Assembly: GCA_014378485.1 (NCBI GenBank)
Contig: JACMNO010000048.1
Coordinates: 943-64,942 of the forward strand
Reading direction: 5' to 3'
Source of the DNA: Bacteroidia bacterium
Lineage (GTDB): Bacteria > Bacteroidota > Bacteroidia > B-17B0 > Aurantibacillaceae
Length of the DNA stretch: 64,000 nucleotides
In this document: piece by piece, positions 8,919 through 20,853 of the stretch
Layout: each line of letters opens with the position of its first letter
How positions within the stretch are numbered: position 1 is the first letter of the stretch
Made by a program: the position numbers and the translations under genes
The notes under the pieces: generated by a model
Databases searched by the model: none
Seen by the model: the letters and a program-made list of their open reading frames with translations, nothing else
What the model was told of the DNA's origin: nothing

Positions 8919-11552
8919 TTAATTAATTAATATTATTTTTCCTGTGTATATTTTGTTGTAAATGTCTTTTACTTTAACAAGATAGATTCCAGAAGGTGAA
9001 TTCTTTATATCTATATATGTTGTGTTAGTTTGATGCACTAATTTACCTGTAAAATCAAATATTTCAATTTGCTTAATAGGATTTTCTGATTTGATTGTAA
9101 ATATACCATTTGTTGGATTAGGGTAGAGCAGGATGTCGCTTTTATCTTTTATTTTATCACTTTCATTTACAGAAGTAATCATTCCAAGATCCCAATTATT
9201 TGCAGCGATATTTTTAGAATGTATTCCATTGGCGAGATTTAAAAAACTGCCGAATAAATAGGTTTGATTATTATAGTCTGCCATCAAACTTACTCCGCCC
9301 CATATAACATCAACACCTCCTTCAAGATAACCATAGAATTTATTAGTAAGGTAATTATATTTTACAATCCCGCCAGAAGAATCACAGTTCGCAACCCCAG
9401 TGTTGCAACTTGAACCTTTATATTTATTTGAACCCAACAAGTAAACAATACTATCATTTCTTATTTGAAGATTATCAAAATCAGGGTTGGAATTTTTTTT
9501 AAATCTTGTAAATGGATGGTAAGTATTTAAATTGTTTCTATCATAATAGCCGACAGATCCACTGGTGTCTGGAAGAATAACGGCTGCACCTCCAAAAGGT
9601 ATGTATCGAAAAAAATATTTTCCTGCCACAAATATTTTATTTTTATAGACACTCACTTTTTTAACTTCCACCATATTGGAACCGTAGTCGGTTACAGAAG
9701 TACTATTTACCCATTGTTTCGTACTTATTTTATAAGCAGCAAAATTTTGAACATTGTTATATAATTTAAACTGACCACCAACCCATAAAGTATCATTAGT
9801 TATAGCAAGAGAATTAACAAAAGTATTATTGTGTGGCATGAACTTCAATGAGTCAAAGCTACTACCGTTCCAATAAACTAAATGTTGTAAATTATTATTA
9901 TTATTTATTTTAAATTTACCACCAACAAAGAATCCATTACCATAAAAGGCAATTGTTTTAAAGTAAGTTGAGTTAGGATCTTGTGTGAAAGACGAATTTA
10001 TTAAGCGAGACCAGGTTTTTGTAACCTTGTTATAAATTGCTCCATAATTTAACTGAACAGAAGGAAGATAAGTGTTGCTAGTCATATTTCCCAAAACGAT
10101 TATTGAATCACCTTTGACGGTAAGTGAGTAAATAGAACCGAAGAAATCTGAGCGAATAGAATCATATTTCATGGTATTCAGATCTAATTTCATCATGTCC
10201 ATCGACGCTGATGCGCCTCCTCCCAGTAGATAAGGATTATTTGTGTTGATTCCGCCCCCGCCATTAGAAATGTATACGCTATTATTGTCTTGCGCAAAAA
10301 CACTAGGCGGATAAAAAAAATAACCCATTCCTAATCCAAAGGATTTGATTGTACCATTTGAATTGTACCTTAAAGCTCCATGCATTGGAAAACAATTAAA
10401 TGATGAGATGATCATATCGCCTTGGTATTGATGAAGGAAGCAGTTGCCAGCACGATCATCTTTAAAACAAATAGGAAGTAATGACCAACTACTGTTGTTA
10501 ATCTTGATTATTCTTTTACCATTTCCATTGGAGATAGGATATATGTATGAAATGTATAAATCATTATTATAGTATTTCACATCTGATAAATTAAATGGAC
10601 CATTGACGCTTTGATAATTTCTAGCAGCCTTAAAACGCTGTATAGTATCCCATGTATTAGCACTTTGTTTCCACTTTGCAATAACATCTGCATTCGTTGG
10701 AAAATGGGTATAATTTCCAAAATAATTAAATGAGCCACCAGCTACAAAATCACTTGGATTGGTTGGATCTATGGCAATAGATAAAACAAGCCCAGGACTA
10801 TATGCATTAGATTGATTATACCGCAAACCTTTATTTAATTGATGCCATCCTGTTGCGTTATATAATGCGATAGAGTTTAAAGTGTCGCTTCCTGCGGTCA
10901 TAAATTTTCCTCCAACGATAAGGTCGGTTCCGTTATTTTTCAAACAATAAACAACGGGAGCATTAGTCATCGGATCAGATAGTCTTTGTGGCACCGAATC
11001 GAGCACATTGGTATTGATATCGTAAGTAGCTAGAGAATAGAAGTTGCTTCCATTTAAGCTAGTGAAATCACCTCCAATAAAAAGTTTGTTATTATAAACC
11101 TCAATGGAATAGATGTATTTGTTTGTTTGGCATATCTGTTGCCAATTGGATGAGTTTACATTTTTTTTATAAACTCTATGATAATAAGGCCAGGAATCAC
11201 TCAATGAACCAGATATGAAAAGAACACTATCTCCAACCAATTTAATTCCTGTTATCGTATATAATGAAAAATTAGAACTGTTTTGATCGGTTATTTGTCC
11301 AGTTATGTGATCGTAAAGCAATACAGATGCGGGGGCGGATACATTGTATCGATGATTGTTTCTAGCCAAGTAAAGGTCACCGCTTGCGGTTTCTGCCACT
11401 TCTCTTATCTGACCATAATTTAAATGATCAAATTCAGTTGACCAACTTGCAGTTGTCTGAGAATAAATATTTTGAATCAAAAATATATGTAAGATTAATA
11501 TAAAGACTACAGTTTTATAAGACTTGATGCGATTATAAATTCCTTTTGGCAT
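8919..11552 (-). CDS. T9SS type A sorting domain-containing secreted protein (repetitive beta-propeller-like body)
   Basis: 877 aa with a signal peptide. The C-terminus LLYPNPTNGIFTIKSE...IEIFDFTGKLV...SGIYLVKVKD...GKIILIN is a classic Por_Secre_tail (type A CTD). Confidence 0.85.
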   Translation of the reverse strand: MPKGIYNRIKSYKTVVFILILHIFLIQNIYSQTTASWSTEFDHLNYGQIREVAETASGDLYLARNNHRYNVSAPASVLLYDHITGQITDQNSSNFSLYTITGIKLVGDSVLFISGSLSDSWPYYHRVYKKNVNSSNWQQICQTNKYIYSIEVYNNKLFIGGDFTSLNGSNFYSLATYDINTNVLDSVPQRLSDPMTNAPVVYCLKNNGTDLIVGGKFMTAGSDTLNSIALYNATGWHQLNKGLRYNQSNAYSPGLVLSIAIDPTNPSDFVAGGSFNYFGNYTHFPTNADVIAKWKQSANTWDTIQRFKAARNYQSVNGPFNLSDVKYYNNDLYISYIYPISNGNGKRIIKINNSSWSLLPICFKDDRAGNCFLHQYQGDMIISSFNCFPMHGALRYNSNGTIKSFGLGMGYFFYPPSVFAQDNNSVYISNGGGGINTNNPYLLGGGASASMDMMKLDLNTMKYDSIRSDFFGSIYSLTVKGDSIIVLGNMTSNTYLPSVQLNYGAIYNKVTKTWSRLINSSFTQDPNSTYFKTIAFYGNGFFVGGKFKINNNNNLQHLVYWNGSSFDSLKFMPHNNTFVNSLAITNDTLWVGGQFKLYNNVQNFAAYKISTKQWVNSTSVTDYGSNMVEVKKVSVYKNKIFVAGKYFFRYIPFGGAAVILPDTSGSVGYYDRNNLNTYHPFTRFKKNSNPDFDNLQIRNDSIVYLLGSNKYKGSSCNTGVANCDSSGGIVKYNYLTNKFYGYLEGGVDVIWGGVSLMADYNNQTYLFGSFLNLANGIHSKNIAANNWDLGMITSVNESDKIKDKSDILLYPNPTNGIFTIKSENPIKQIEIFDFTGKLVHQTNTTYIDIKNSPSGIYLVKVKDIYNKIYTGKIILIN

Positions 11553-11553
11553 A
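11533..11553. repeat. 21-nt direct repeat copy 2 (covers the start codon of the 877-aa T9SS protein)
   Basis: TTATAAATTCCTTTTGGCATA is identical to 8882-8902. Both ORFs therefore begin MPKGIY. Confidence 0.85.
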
Positions 11554-11672
11554 GATTTCTTTTTTATGTATGGACAAAATTACTTTTTTTTTAATCGTAG
11601 TGCACGTTAAAACACGCTTTAATTAAAGCTAAATTTATTAGCACCAAAAAATCACTGGTTAATCTTAAAATT

Positions 11673-14600
11673 TTATTTGATCAGAGTCACATGCCCAATG
11701 TACTCATGTTTTTTTCCAAGAACATCCCTGAGTTTTACTTTCCAGATATAAACATCCTGTTTCCCGTCACCTGATTTCCCTTGTACTTTTCCATCCCAGC
11801 CTTTTTCTATATCATCTGTATAAAACACTTTCTCGCCCCAACGATCAAAGATCCACATTTCAAAATGTTCTATACCAATACCTTTTCCTGTAAAGTAATC
11901 ATTGATATTGTCATTGTTAACAGGTGAGAACGCGTTTGGAATATAGAAAGTAAATTCAGGCTGAATCTCTACTGGCACATAAGCTGTATCCGAACAGCCA
12001 TATTGATTCATAACGATCAGGTTTGAAAAATAGGTGTCTGCAGAAACATCGCTATAAAAATGTGTTGGATCAATATTAACCGAGTCTGTTTTAAACGGAC
12101 CGTCTCCAAAACTCCACCACCATTTAGTGTAATCAATAGATTGGTTTGTGAAATATTCCAAAGGCGTTAAAACATTACCCGGATTAGGGTTAACTGTGTA
12201 ATTGGCAATTGGTGTAGGATATACTGTAATGTAATTTGTTTTAGTATTGACCTGGCTTACACAACCACTGTCAGTTCTTACAACTAAAGAAACACTAAAT
12301 AAAGCCAGTTGATTGCTGCTGCTATTTCCATAACAATGATTCACTACGGTACCAGTTTGATTATTTAATGTTGTGCCATCTCCTAATGACCATTGCCATT
12401 GTGAAATTTGAGCCGGGCCTGTAACAGCCAGAGAGGCGTCTGAAAAATTAACACAATGTTTTGGTGTTGGACAACCGCTCAGCTTATCACCGCTGAATAT
12501 AGCCACGGGGACATAATTCACATAAATGGATTTACTGAAAATATCTTTACAACCATTTATCGTTTCGCCAATTAATGCCACTGTTTGTGCACCAGGCCCA
12601 TTAAATGTAAAATTAGTTGTTTGTCCAGCGCCTTCAAAGGTAGTGATCGAGTTATTAAAATCCCAGAACCAGTTTTGTATGGTACCGCTATTTGGTAATG
12701 AAACAGCCGTAAAAGACATGGCAGTCTGGTCACACGCAAGTGAATTAGCTATTTTGATATAAGGTTTTTCATAAACTGTAACCTGCTTACTTATCGCTGC
12801 CTGACATCCTTTGTTGGAAGTTAATGTTAAGGTTACGTTATAAATTCCTGCAGCGAGATAAGTATGAGATGAAGCAGAAGCAGCGGATGGCGCTGAAACA
12901 TTACCATCACCATAGGTCCATACATAAGCTGTGTTTGTACCAATGGCAATTGTGCTTAACGATCCATTAAATGTATTGGGTTGAGCATTGATACATTTAT
13001 TCATGAAGGTAAAATCGGGAACAGGGTTTGGATTTACCCAAACACTGATTGTGTTAGTTGCATTAGTACATACCAATCCGGCTACAGGGGAAGTGGAAAC
13101 TGTATAGGTAACCAAATTATTTCCAAAAGCTGGGAAAGTGAAGTTAGGATTAGGAACACCTGCAATATCTAATGAATTATCACTTAAAAAATCCCAGGCA
13201 TACGTATTAACAGTGTTGCCATTTCCAAAACTTGCATCTGTCATATGAGATGCTGTTCCTAAACAAACAGAATCTGAAGCAAAGGACGCAGTTGGAACAG
13301 CATACACATTAACAACTTTAATTATGCTGTCTAAACAGTTATGTATGGAAGTTGCAACTAAGGTTACGCTATAAGTAGCGTTCGCATTTCCGCCGGCAGA
13401 ATAAGTATGATTGGGATTAATTATTCCTGAAGTACTACCATCAGCAAAGTTCCAAAAATAAGTTGTGCCGGTTCCCACATTGGCATTTGTTGTTTCATTT
13501 GTTAAGTTTGAAAAAGTACTTGCTGCTCCAAAACATACTTTGTCCGGTGTAAAATTTGGAATGGTATGGCCCCAGACATTTACCGGCAACGCAACTGTAT
13601 CGTTACAACCATTACTAGATGTTGCAATAAGTAAAGTAGTAAATGTACCTGAAGCAACAAATACGTTAGTTGGTGCATTTGTGATATTATCAATGGAGCT
13701 GTTATTTGTAAAGTCCCATTGCAACCCTGTGATGGTTCCTACAGTGGTGGTTGATAGATCAGTATATGCTGTTGCTGTTGACTGACAAACAGATGTTGTA
13801 CTGAAATTAGCAACAGGCTGCTGATAAATATTAACTGTTTGGGTGATTGCGGCAGTACAGGAAGTATTAGCTGTTATCATTAATGTAATGGATTTTATTC
13901 CACTGCTGTTATATGTTAAAAGAGGAGGGTTTTGAATGTTACTGGTTAATGTTGGAGTAGATCCTGAACCAAAACTCCAGGAATAATTAGTGATATTATC
14001 CGGCAAGGTGATGTTTGAAGTATTGTTCAATAATACATTAGAATTCATACAAGCATTAACAGGGGTGAAAGTGGCGGTAGGAAGTCCGTTTATTTTCACC
14101 TGTACAGTTATACTATCCTGGCAACCATTATTGGATGTGGCTTTTAATTCTGTTGTAAATGCTCCTGCATTTAAAAAAGTATTTGTTGGATTTTGGGCAC
14201 TATTATCAATGGTTCCGTTATTATCAAAATCCCACGACCAGTTGGATATATTGTCGGGAGCAGAAATTGCTGAGGTATTTAAAAAAGCAGTTGTTTGTCC
14301 TAAACAAACAGTATTGGATGTAACGTTCAATATTGGTTTAGGAAAAATAGTCACCGTTTTTGTTAAAACACTTGTGCATCCTGAACTGTTAGTGACCGTG
14401 TAAGTGATTGTTTTGATCCCAGGGGTTGAATACGTGTGTGATGTATTGGTTCCAAAACCTTGTGCAGTCCCATCGCCGAAATCCCACTGATGTGATGCAA
14501 TATTTGCTGTGGGTGTGGATGAACTTGTAAAGTTTGTAACAGTATTTAAACATCCGCCCGTTACATTAAAGTTAGCTAATGGCCCGGGACTGATAGTTAT

Positions 14601-15977
14601 TACTTTTGTGATACTATCCATACAACTGCCATTATTAACCTTTAATTCAGTGGTATAACTTCCAACAGCACTATAAGTATTTACGGGGTTTTGAGTCAGG
14701 TTATCAATAACTCCATCATTGTCAAAATCCCAATAATAATTTGTAATGGCAGGTCCTCCGTTTACTGAGCTATTGTCTGAAAACGGAACAGTAAAGGTAC
14801 TTTGACAAGGAGCAGTTGTAAATGTGAAATTTGCCAGGGGGGTAATTCCTATTGGTAAATTAGCTGTAAAAGTATAGACAGCTGTTCCACAGGATGAGAA
14901 TGGAGTACACTGTACCGTATAGATGCCTCCAACTGTTGAATTGACAATTTGTGTATTGGATAAACTAACAGTGCTGGTTGGCGGGCCAGTCCAGGAGTAG
15001 GAAGTCATTCCGCTTGGTGCGGTTAAAGTTCCAGTTGTTGAAGAGCATCCTCCGGCAACATTTGTAATCAGTTGCGAGCATTCTCCATCGATATAAGTAT
15101 AAGCCCAATCGTAATTATAAACACACCAATCATTTTCAATTTCAATAGTCACATTTGTTCCAATATAGGGGGTTAAATCAAACCCAACATTTGTCCATGG
15201 AATATAAGTGGTTGGATAACTTTGCGCACCAATATTTACCCCGTTTGCGCCGGTTTGAAATCCGGACAGGCCATAAGAAGTGCCAACTCCTGAAGAATTG
15301 TTTGCATAATAACATTCAAAATAAGGGCAAGGGATAATGGTATTGGATGCATCTCTAAAACGAATATATACTTTAGCGGCATCAGCAACAGTGTGAGGAT
15401 AATTTAAAATAACCATAGCCATTTTAAGTAAATAATAAGAGTTTGTTGGAGTTACCGCAAAAGTTTGTTTGGCAATACTGTTATTTGAATTAATGTCATT
15501 GCCTAGTTTTAAAGAAAAACTTCCACCGGGACATACTTTAGGAAAATTACCGTAGGGGTCCATTGCTGCGCCACTTGTAGTAGTAACGTCTCCAGAAACT
15601 GTCCAGCCGGTAGCGGAACCGGTTTCAAAATCAATATTTGTACAAGGTGATTGAGGTACAGGATTTTGACCCTGAGATTTTGCGGAAAAATTATTTAATT
15701 TATATTTTTTATTGATAAAGTTTCGTTTGGTATAACTTAAAAAGCTTTCTAAATCCAAGCCTAAAACATTACCAACATTAGCATGCTGCATAGCTTCATT
15801 TTCATTATATCCCTGAAGAGAATCTAAGTCAAATGTTTTTTGGAAAACCAAAGCAGACGATGAATTATTTTTTTTTACTGATTTATGACTATGACTGTGG
15901 TTCGATTGCCCTATTAATATAAGCTTTGAAAAGAATATTAAAGCAATGAACCCAAAAATTGAAATAGGATTTTTCAT
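11673..15977 (-). CDS. PKD-repeat protein with gliding-motility-associated C-terminal (T9SS type B / CHU_C) sorting domain
   Basis: 1434 aa with about a dozen PKD-like modules (recurring W.FGDG...........H.Y...G.Y.V.L). The C-terminus IPNAFSPVNNDNINDYF......FEMWIFDRWGEKVF....GWDGK.....DVYIW is the type B CTD signature. Confidence 0.9.
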   Translation of the reverse strand: MKNPISIFGFIALIFFSKLILIGQSNHSHSHKSVKKNNSSSALVFQKTFDLDSLQGYNENEAMQHANVGNVLGLDLESFLSYTKRNFINKKYKLNNFSAKSQGQNPVPQSPCTNIDFETGSATGWTVSGDVTTTSGAAMDPYGNFPKVCPGGSFSLKLGNDINSNNSIAKQTFAVTPTNSYYLLKMAMVILNYPHTVADAAKVYIRFRDASNTIIPCPYFECYYANNSSGVGTSYGLSGFQTGANGVNIGAQSYPTTYIPWTNVGFDLTPYIGTNVTIEIENDWCVYNYDWAYTYIDGECSQLITNVAGGCSSTTGTLTAPSGMTSYSWTGPPTSTVSLSNTQIVNSTVGGIYTVQCTPFSSCGTAVYTFTANLPIGITPLANFTFTTAPCQSTFTVPFSDNSSVNGGPAITNYYWDFDNDGVIDNLTQNPVNTYSAVGSYTTELKVNNGSCMDSITKVITISPGPLANFNVTGGCLNTVTNFTSSSTPTANIASHQWDFGDGTAQGFGTNTSHTYSTPGIKTITYTVTNSSGCTSVLTKTVTIFPKPILNVTSNTVCLGQTTAFLNTSAISAPDNISNWSWDFDNNGTIDNSAQNPTNTFLNAGAFTTELKATSNNGCQDSITVQVKINGLPTATFTPVNACMNSNVLLNNTSNITLPDNITNYSWSFGSGSTPTLTSNIQNPPLLTYNSSGIKSITLMITANTSCTAAITQTVNIYQQPVANFSTTSVCQSTATAYTDLSTTTVGTITGLQWDFTNNSSIDNITNAPTNVFVASGTFTTLLIATSSNGCNDTVALPVNVWGHTIPNFTPDKVCFGAASTFSNLTNETTNANVGTGTTYFWNFADGSTSGIINPNHTYSAGGNANATYSVTLVATSIHNCLDSIIKVVNVYAVPTASFASDSVCLGTASHMTDASFGNGNTVNTYAWDFLSDNSLDIAGVPNPNFTFPAFGNNLVTYTVSTSPVAGLVCTNATNTISVWVNPNPVPDFTFMNKCINAQPNTFNGSLSTIAIGTNTAYVWTYGDGNVSAPSAASASSHTYLAAGIYNVTLTLTSNKGCQAAISKQVTVYEKPYIKIANSLACDQTAMSFTAVSLPNSGTIQNWFWDFNNSITTFEGAGQTTNFTFNGPGAQTVALIGETINGCKDIFSKSIYVNYVPVAIFSGDKLSGCPTPKHCVNFSDASLAVTGPAQISQWQWSLGDGTTLNNQTGTVVNHCYGNSSSNQLALFSVSLVVRTDSGCVSQVNTKTNYITVYPTPIANYTVNPNPGNVLTPLEYFTNQSIDYTKWWWSFGDGPFKTDSVNIDPTHFYSDVSADTYFSNLIVMNQYGCSDTAYVPVEIQPEFTFYIPNAFSPVNNDNINDYFTGKGIGIEHFEMWIFDRWGEKVFYTDDIEKGWDGKVQGKSGDGKQDVYIWKVKLRDVLGKKHEYIGHVTLIK

Positions 15978-16094
15978 AGAGTTAAATTAAATATTTTAAA
16001 GATATGAAAATCATGTTATTACACTGTACATTAAACTAATTCAAACAAGGCTTTGGCTCATTTATAAACCTATTTTACATTGGTAAAAATTCCT

Positions 16095-16102
16095 TATCTT
16101 TG
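16095..16102 (+). promoter_or_regulatory. Candidate Bacteroidota -7 promoter box (TAnnTTTG)
   Basis: TATCTTTG lies 20 nt upstream of the ABC-F ATG. No well-spaced -33 TTG is seen. Confidence 0.35.
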
Positions 16103-16118
16103 CCGACTAATTTTTTAA

Positions 16119-17744
<1,626 letters not shown>

Positions 17745-17745
17745 A

Positions 17746-19710
17746 TTAAACACGGATACCTATTATTGTTACATCATCAACTTGTTCCATACTTCCTTTC
17801 CAGTCATATAGTTCCTGCTGTAGTTTTTCTTTTTGATCCTCCATTGGCAAATCAGAAATTGAAATCAATAATTCCTTTAGTTTTTTATACATAAACTTTT
17901 TGCCTTTTGGGCCGCCAAACTGATCGGGAAAACCATCTGTTATCGTATAGATAATATCACCTTCTTGAAGGTCAGAAAATCGGTGGGTGAATGGCGTTGT
18001 ATCTCTGTCGTGTTTTCCTACAGGAAATTTATCACAACTTAATTCAGTAAGTGTTTTTGTATTTGTAGAATCTTTTCTCACTAACCACACAGGATTATTT
18101 GCGGCGGCATATACAAGTTTGTTTTCGTCAAGACAAATAATGCTGCAATCCATACCATCTTTGCCACCTTCAGCACTTCCATCATGTTTTAACCGTTCAA
18201 TAATAATCTTTCTGGTTTCATTCAAAATCTCATCTGGTTCACTATATTTTATCACTGCTTTTTCAAGTGAAGAGATATTTAAAATACTCATGATGGCACC
18301 AGGCACGCCATGTCCGGTGCTATCAGCTGTCACCAAAAAGGATTTTCCGTTAGAGAGAGTAGTGGCCCAATAAAAATCTCCGCTGACAATATCTTTAGGT
18401 TGAAATAAAACGAAATAGTTATTTTGCCTAAAGGTTTTATTTAAAAAATCTTTAGTAGCCAAAAAACTACTTTGTATGCGTTCTGCGTAATTGATGCTGT
18501 CTGTAATTTCCTTATTTTTTTCTTCAATCAATTTGTTTTTATGAATTAGCTTTACTGCGTTTTTTTTACTCTGCTTATAGCTCCTGAAAATAAAGATGAT
18601 CGCAATAATGGTCGTGATCAAAGCTATGGCAGAAAATATGATCAGGATATTTTTTTTAGAATCTCTCTCGTTAGCTAATTTTAGCGAGGCAACCTGTTCC
18701 TTTATTTCTGTATCTTTTTTTGAGCTTTCATATTTTTCCTGTAATTCCTGGAAACCACTGTTCATGATATCTGTTCGGATTGAATCCTGTGCTGTATAAT
18801 GTTTTTTAAATACGATAGAGGCTTCTTTATATGTGCCCATCGTTTCGAGCAACTCTGCTTTAGAGACTAGGGCGTTCAAATACATTTCAGACATATGATA
18901 TTTGAACGCAGTATCTATCGCCATATCAGCACAAATTAATCCTTCGCTGAATTTCTTCAACATTTTGAGTGTATTGGCTTTATTATTATTTAAAAATGCG
19001 GTACCTCTTCCGTCCTTTAACTCCATTTTAATATCATAGGCCATGTTTAAATATTTAATGGTCGTTTGATAATCCTTTTTCTTTTTGTTAACCAAAGCGA
19101 GATTATTATAGGTTAAAGCCAGCAGATTCTTATCTCCCAATTTCATGCGTATATTATAGGCTTTCATGTGATACAAAAGCGCGGAATCCAATTCGTCTTT
19201 ATTTTTATGAATGGTGCCGATCTGTGAATAACTCTCAGAAAGTTCTACCGGATTATTTATTCTATTAGCATAATAACGGCCCATTTTAAAATACTCGGTT
19301 GCTTTTTTCAAATTCTTCATATCAACATTTATTTTTCCCAAACGGTTTAATATGCGCGCTCTGAAAAGATCTTTATTACAGCTGTCGGCAATGTGTAACG
19401 CTTTTATATATACCGAAACCGCCAGTTCCTTTTTGTTTTTGCTATCGTAAATGTTTCCTTCTCTGATAAATATCCAGCAGAGGTTTTCACAGGTATTGGA
19501 AAATTTTTGATGGGTTATTTTTATGAGTGAATCTTTGGTCTTATCGGATGCTTTGGTATTATTATAAGCTTTATAATAAGTAAAGATTTGTTCACTGTCA
19601 GTTTTGCATTTTTTTAATTTCGTATTTAATGAATCCAGGAAGTTTTGTGACAATACACCTAAAGACAAGCATAAAAAAATATAGAAAAAAATGATGGTTT
19701 TTGTAAACAT
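17746..19710 (-). CDS. TPR-repeat sensor with C-terminal PP2C/SpoIIE-type phosphatase domain
   Basis: 654 aa: signal peptide, TPR region, one TM helix (ILIIFSAIALITTIIAIIFIF), then SGDFYW...ADSTGHGVPGAIMS...TDGFPDQFG, the SpoIIE/PP2C signature. Confidence 0.85.
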   Translation of the reverse strand: MFTKTIIFFYIFLCLSLGVLSQNFLDSLNTKLKKCKTDSEQIFTYYKAYNNTKASDKTKDSLIKITHQKFSNTCENLCWIFIREGNIYDSKNKKELAVSVYIKALHIADSCNKDLFRARILNRLGKINVDMKNLKKATEYFKMGRYYANRINNPVELSESYSQIGTIHKNKDELDSALLYHMKAYNIRMKLGDKNLLALTYNNLALVNKKKKDYQTTIKYLNMAYDIKMELKDGRGTAFLNNNKANTLKMLKKFSEGLICADMAIDTAFKYHMSEMYLNALVSKAELLETMGTYKEASIVFKKHYTAQDSIRTDIMNSGFQELQEKYESSKKDTEIKEQVASLKLANERDSKKNILIIFSAIALITTIIAIIFIFRSYKQSKKNAVKLIHKNKLIEEKNKEITDSINYAERIQSSFLATKDFLNKTFRQNNYFVLFQPKDIVSGDFYWATTLSNGKSFLVTADSTGHGVPGAIMSILNISSLEKAVIKYSEPDEILNETRKIIIERLKHDGSAEGGKDGMDCSIICLDENKLVYAAANNPVWLVRKDSTNTKTLTELSCDKFPVGKHDRDTTPFTHRFSDLQEGDIIYTITDGFPDQFGGPKGKKFMYKKLKELLISISDLPMEDQKEKLQQELYDWKGSMEQVDDVTIIGIRV

Positions 19711-19836
19711 AAATAATTGCTTTAACCCTGTTCCAAATAAAGGTATTAAAAATCTGTATATTTTAATGCCTTTCAGTAACTGTTCAAAAAAACAGTTTAT
19801 TTTTGTAACTTTCCGCTATAATTCAGTTATTACTAA

Positions 19837-20775
19837 ATGCGGAACCTCATTATCGTTATTTTTATATCTCTTGTTTGGCAATCTGCTTTTGCCCAATTGT
19901 CACAGGCAGATTTAAAATATTATTCTGAACTCGAAGATTCCCTGAAGCATATTTCTGAAAAAGTTTTTTTTAGTAAAAAAGAATCCAGTCGTTTTGAAGC
20001 GAATCGAAAACTGATTGCCTTATGGAACGACGTGTTGAAAAATGAAAATTCAATATCGTACCCGTTTGACAGTCTCAAAAATGATATATCGTTATTAATG
20101 GCTCCGGATAAAAAATTTCGGATCATTACCTGGAATATTATAAAAGATGATCAGACACATGCTTTTTTTGGTTTCATCCAAGTGAATAATTCAAAGACCA
20201 TTAAAAAAAGTCTTTTCAAAAAAGAAACTACTTCACATTATGAGGTATTTCCTTTGGCTGATAAATCAGCCTCAGTTAAAACTCCTGAAAATTATGTGGG
20301 TGACCCGGCCAAGTGGTTTGGAATGTTGTATGTAGATGTGATCAAATCGGATGAAGAGTTTTATACCTTAATTGCCTGGGACGGGAATGATAAACTGACA
20401 CAACGCAAGTTTATTGATATTTTATATTTCAAACCTGATGGAACACCTGTGTTTGGAAAAGATGTGTTCAAATTCCCAGGTAAGTTTGCAAAGCGCATTA
20501 TGTTTGAATATGCGAGCGAAGTTGCCATGTCTTTAAAATATAATCCTGCCCGCAAACAAATTATTTTCAGTCATTTGGCACCAAATAACCTTGACCCAGC
20601 AATGGAAGGGCAATTTCAGTATTATGGACCTGATGGCAGCTTCGATGCTTTATTAATGAAAAAAGGTAAATGGATATATGAACCTGCCATTGATATTCGA
20701 AAAAACAAAGACAAAACAGATAATATCAAAAAACCTGAACCCAATAAACAAACCCCGGTTTACAAACCTAAGTAA
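19837..20775 (+). CDS. Hypothetical secreted protein
   Basis: 312 aa with a signal peptide (IFISLVWQSAFAQ). No motif I can name. Its size and position upstream of the OmpA-family gene suggest a conserved Bacteroidota hypothetical. Confidence 0.55.
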   Translation: MRNLIIVIFISLVWQSAFAQLSQADLKYYSELEDSLKHISEKVFFSKKESSRFEANRKLIALWNDVLKNENSISYPFDSLKNDISLLMAPDKKFRIITWNIIKDDQTHAFFGFIQVNNSKTIKKSLFKKETTSHYEVFPLADKSASVKTPENYVGDPAKWFGMLYVDVIKSDEEFYTLIAWDGNDKLTQRKFIDILYFKPDGTPVFGKDVFKFPGKFAKRIMFEYASEVAMSLKYNPARKQIIFSHLAPNNLDPAMEGQFQYYGPDGSFDALLMKKGKWIYEPAIDIRKNKDKTDNIKKPEPNKQTPVYKPK

Positions 20776-20853
20776 GTTTTAAAAAGGTTTAAAAATGTAA
20801 GCGTAAAACGTAATAAAACTTAAACTTTATACTTTGATTAAATTCTTGAACCT

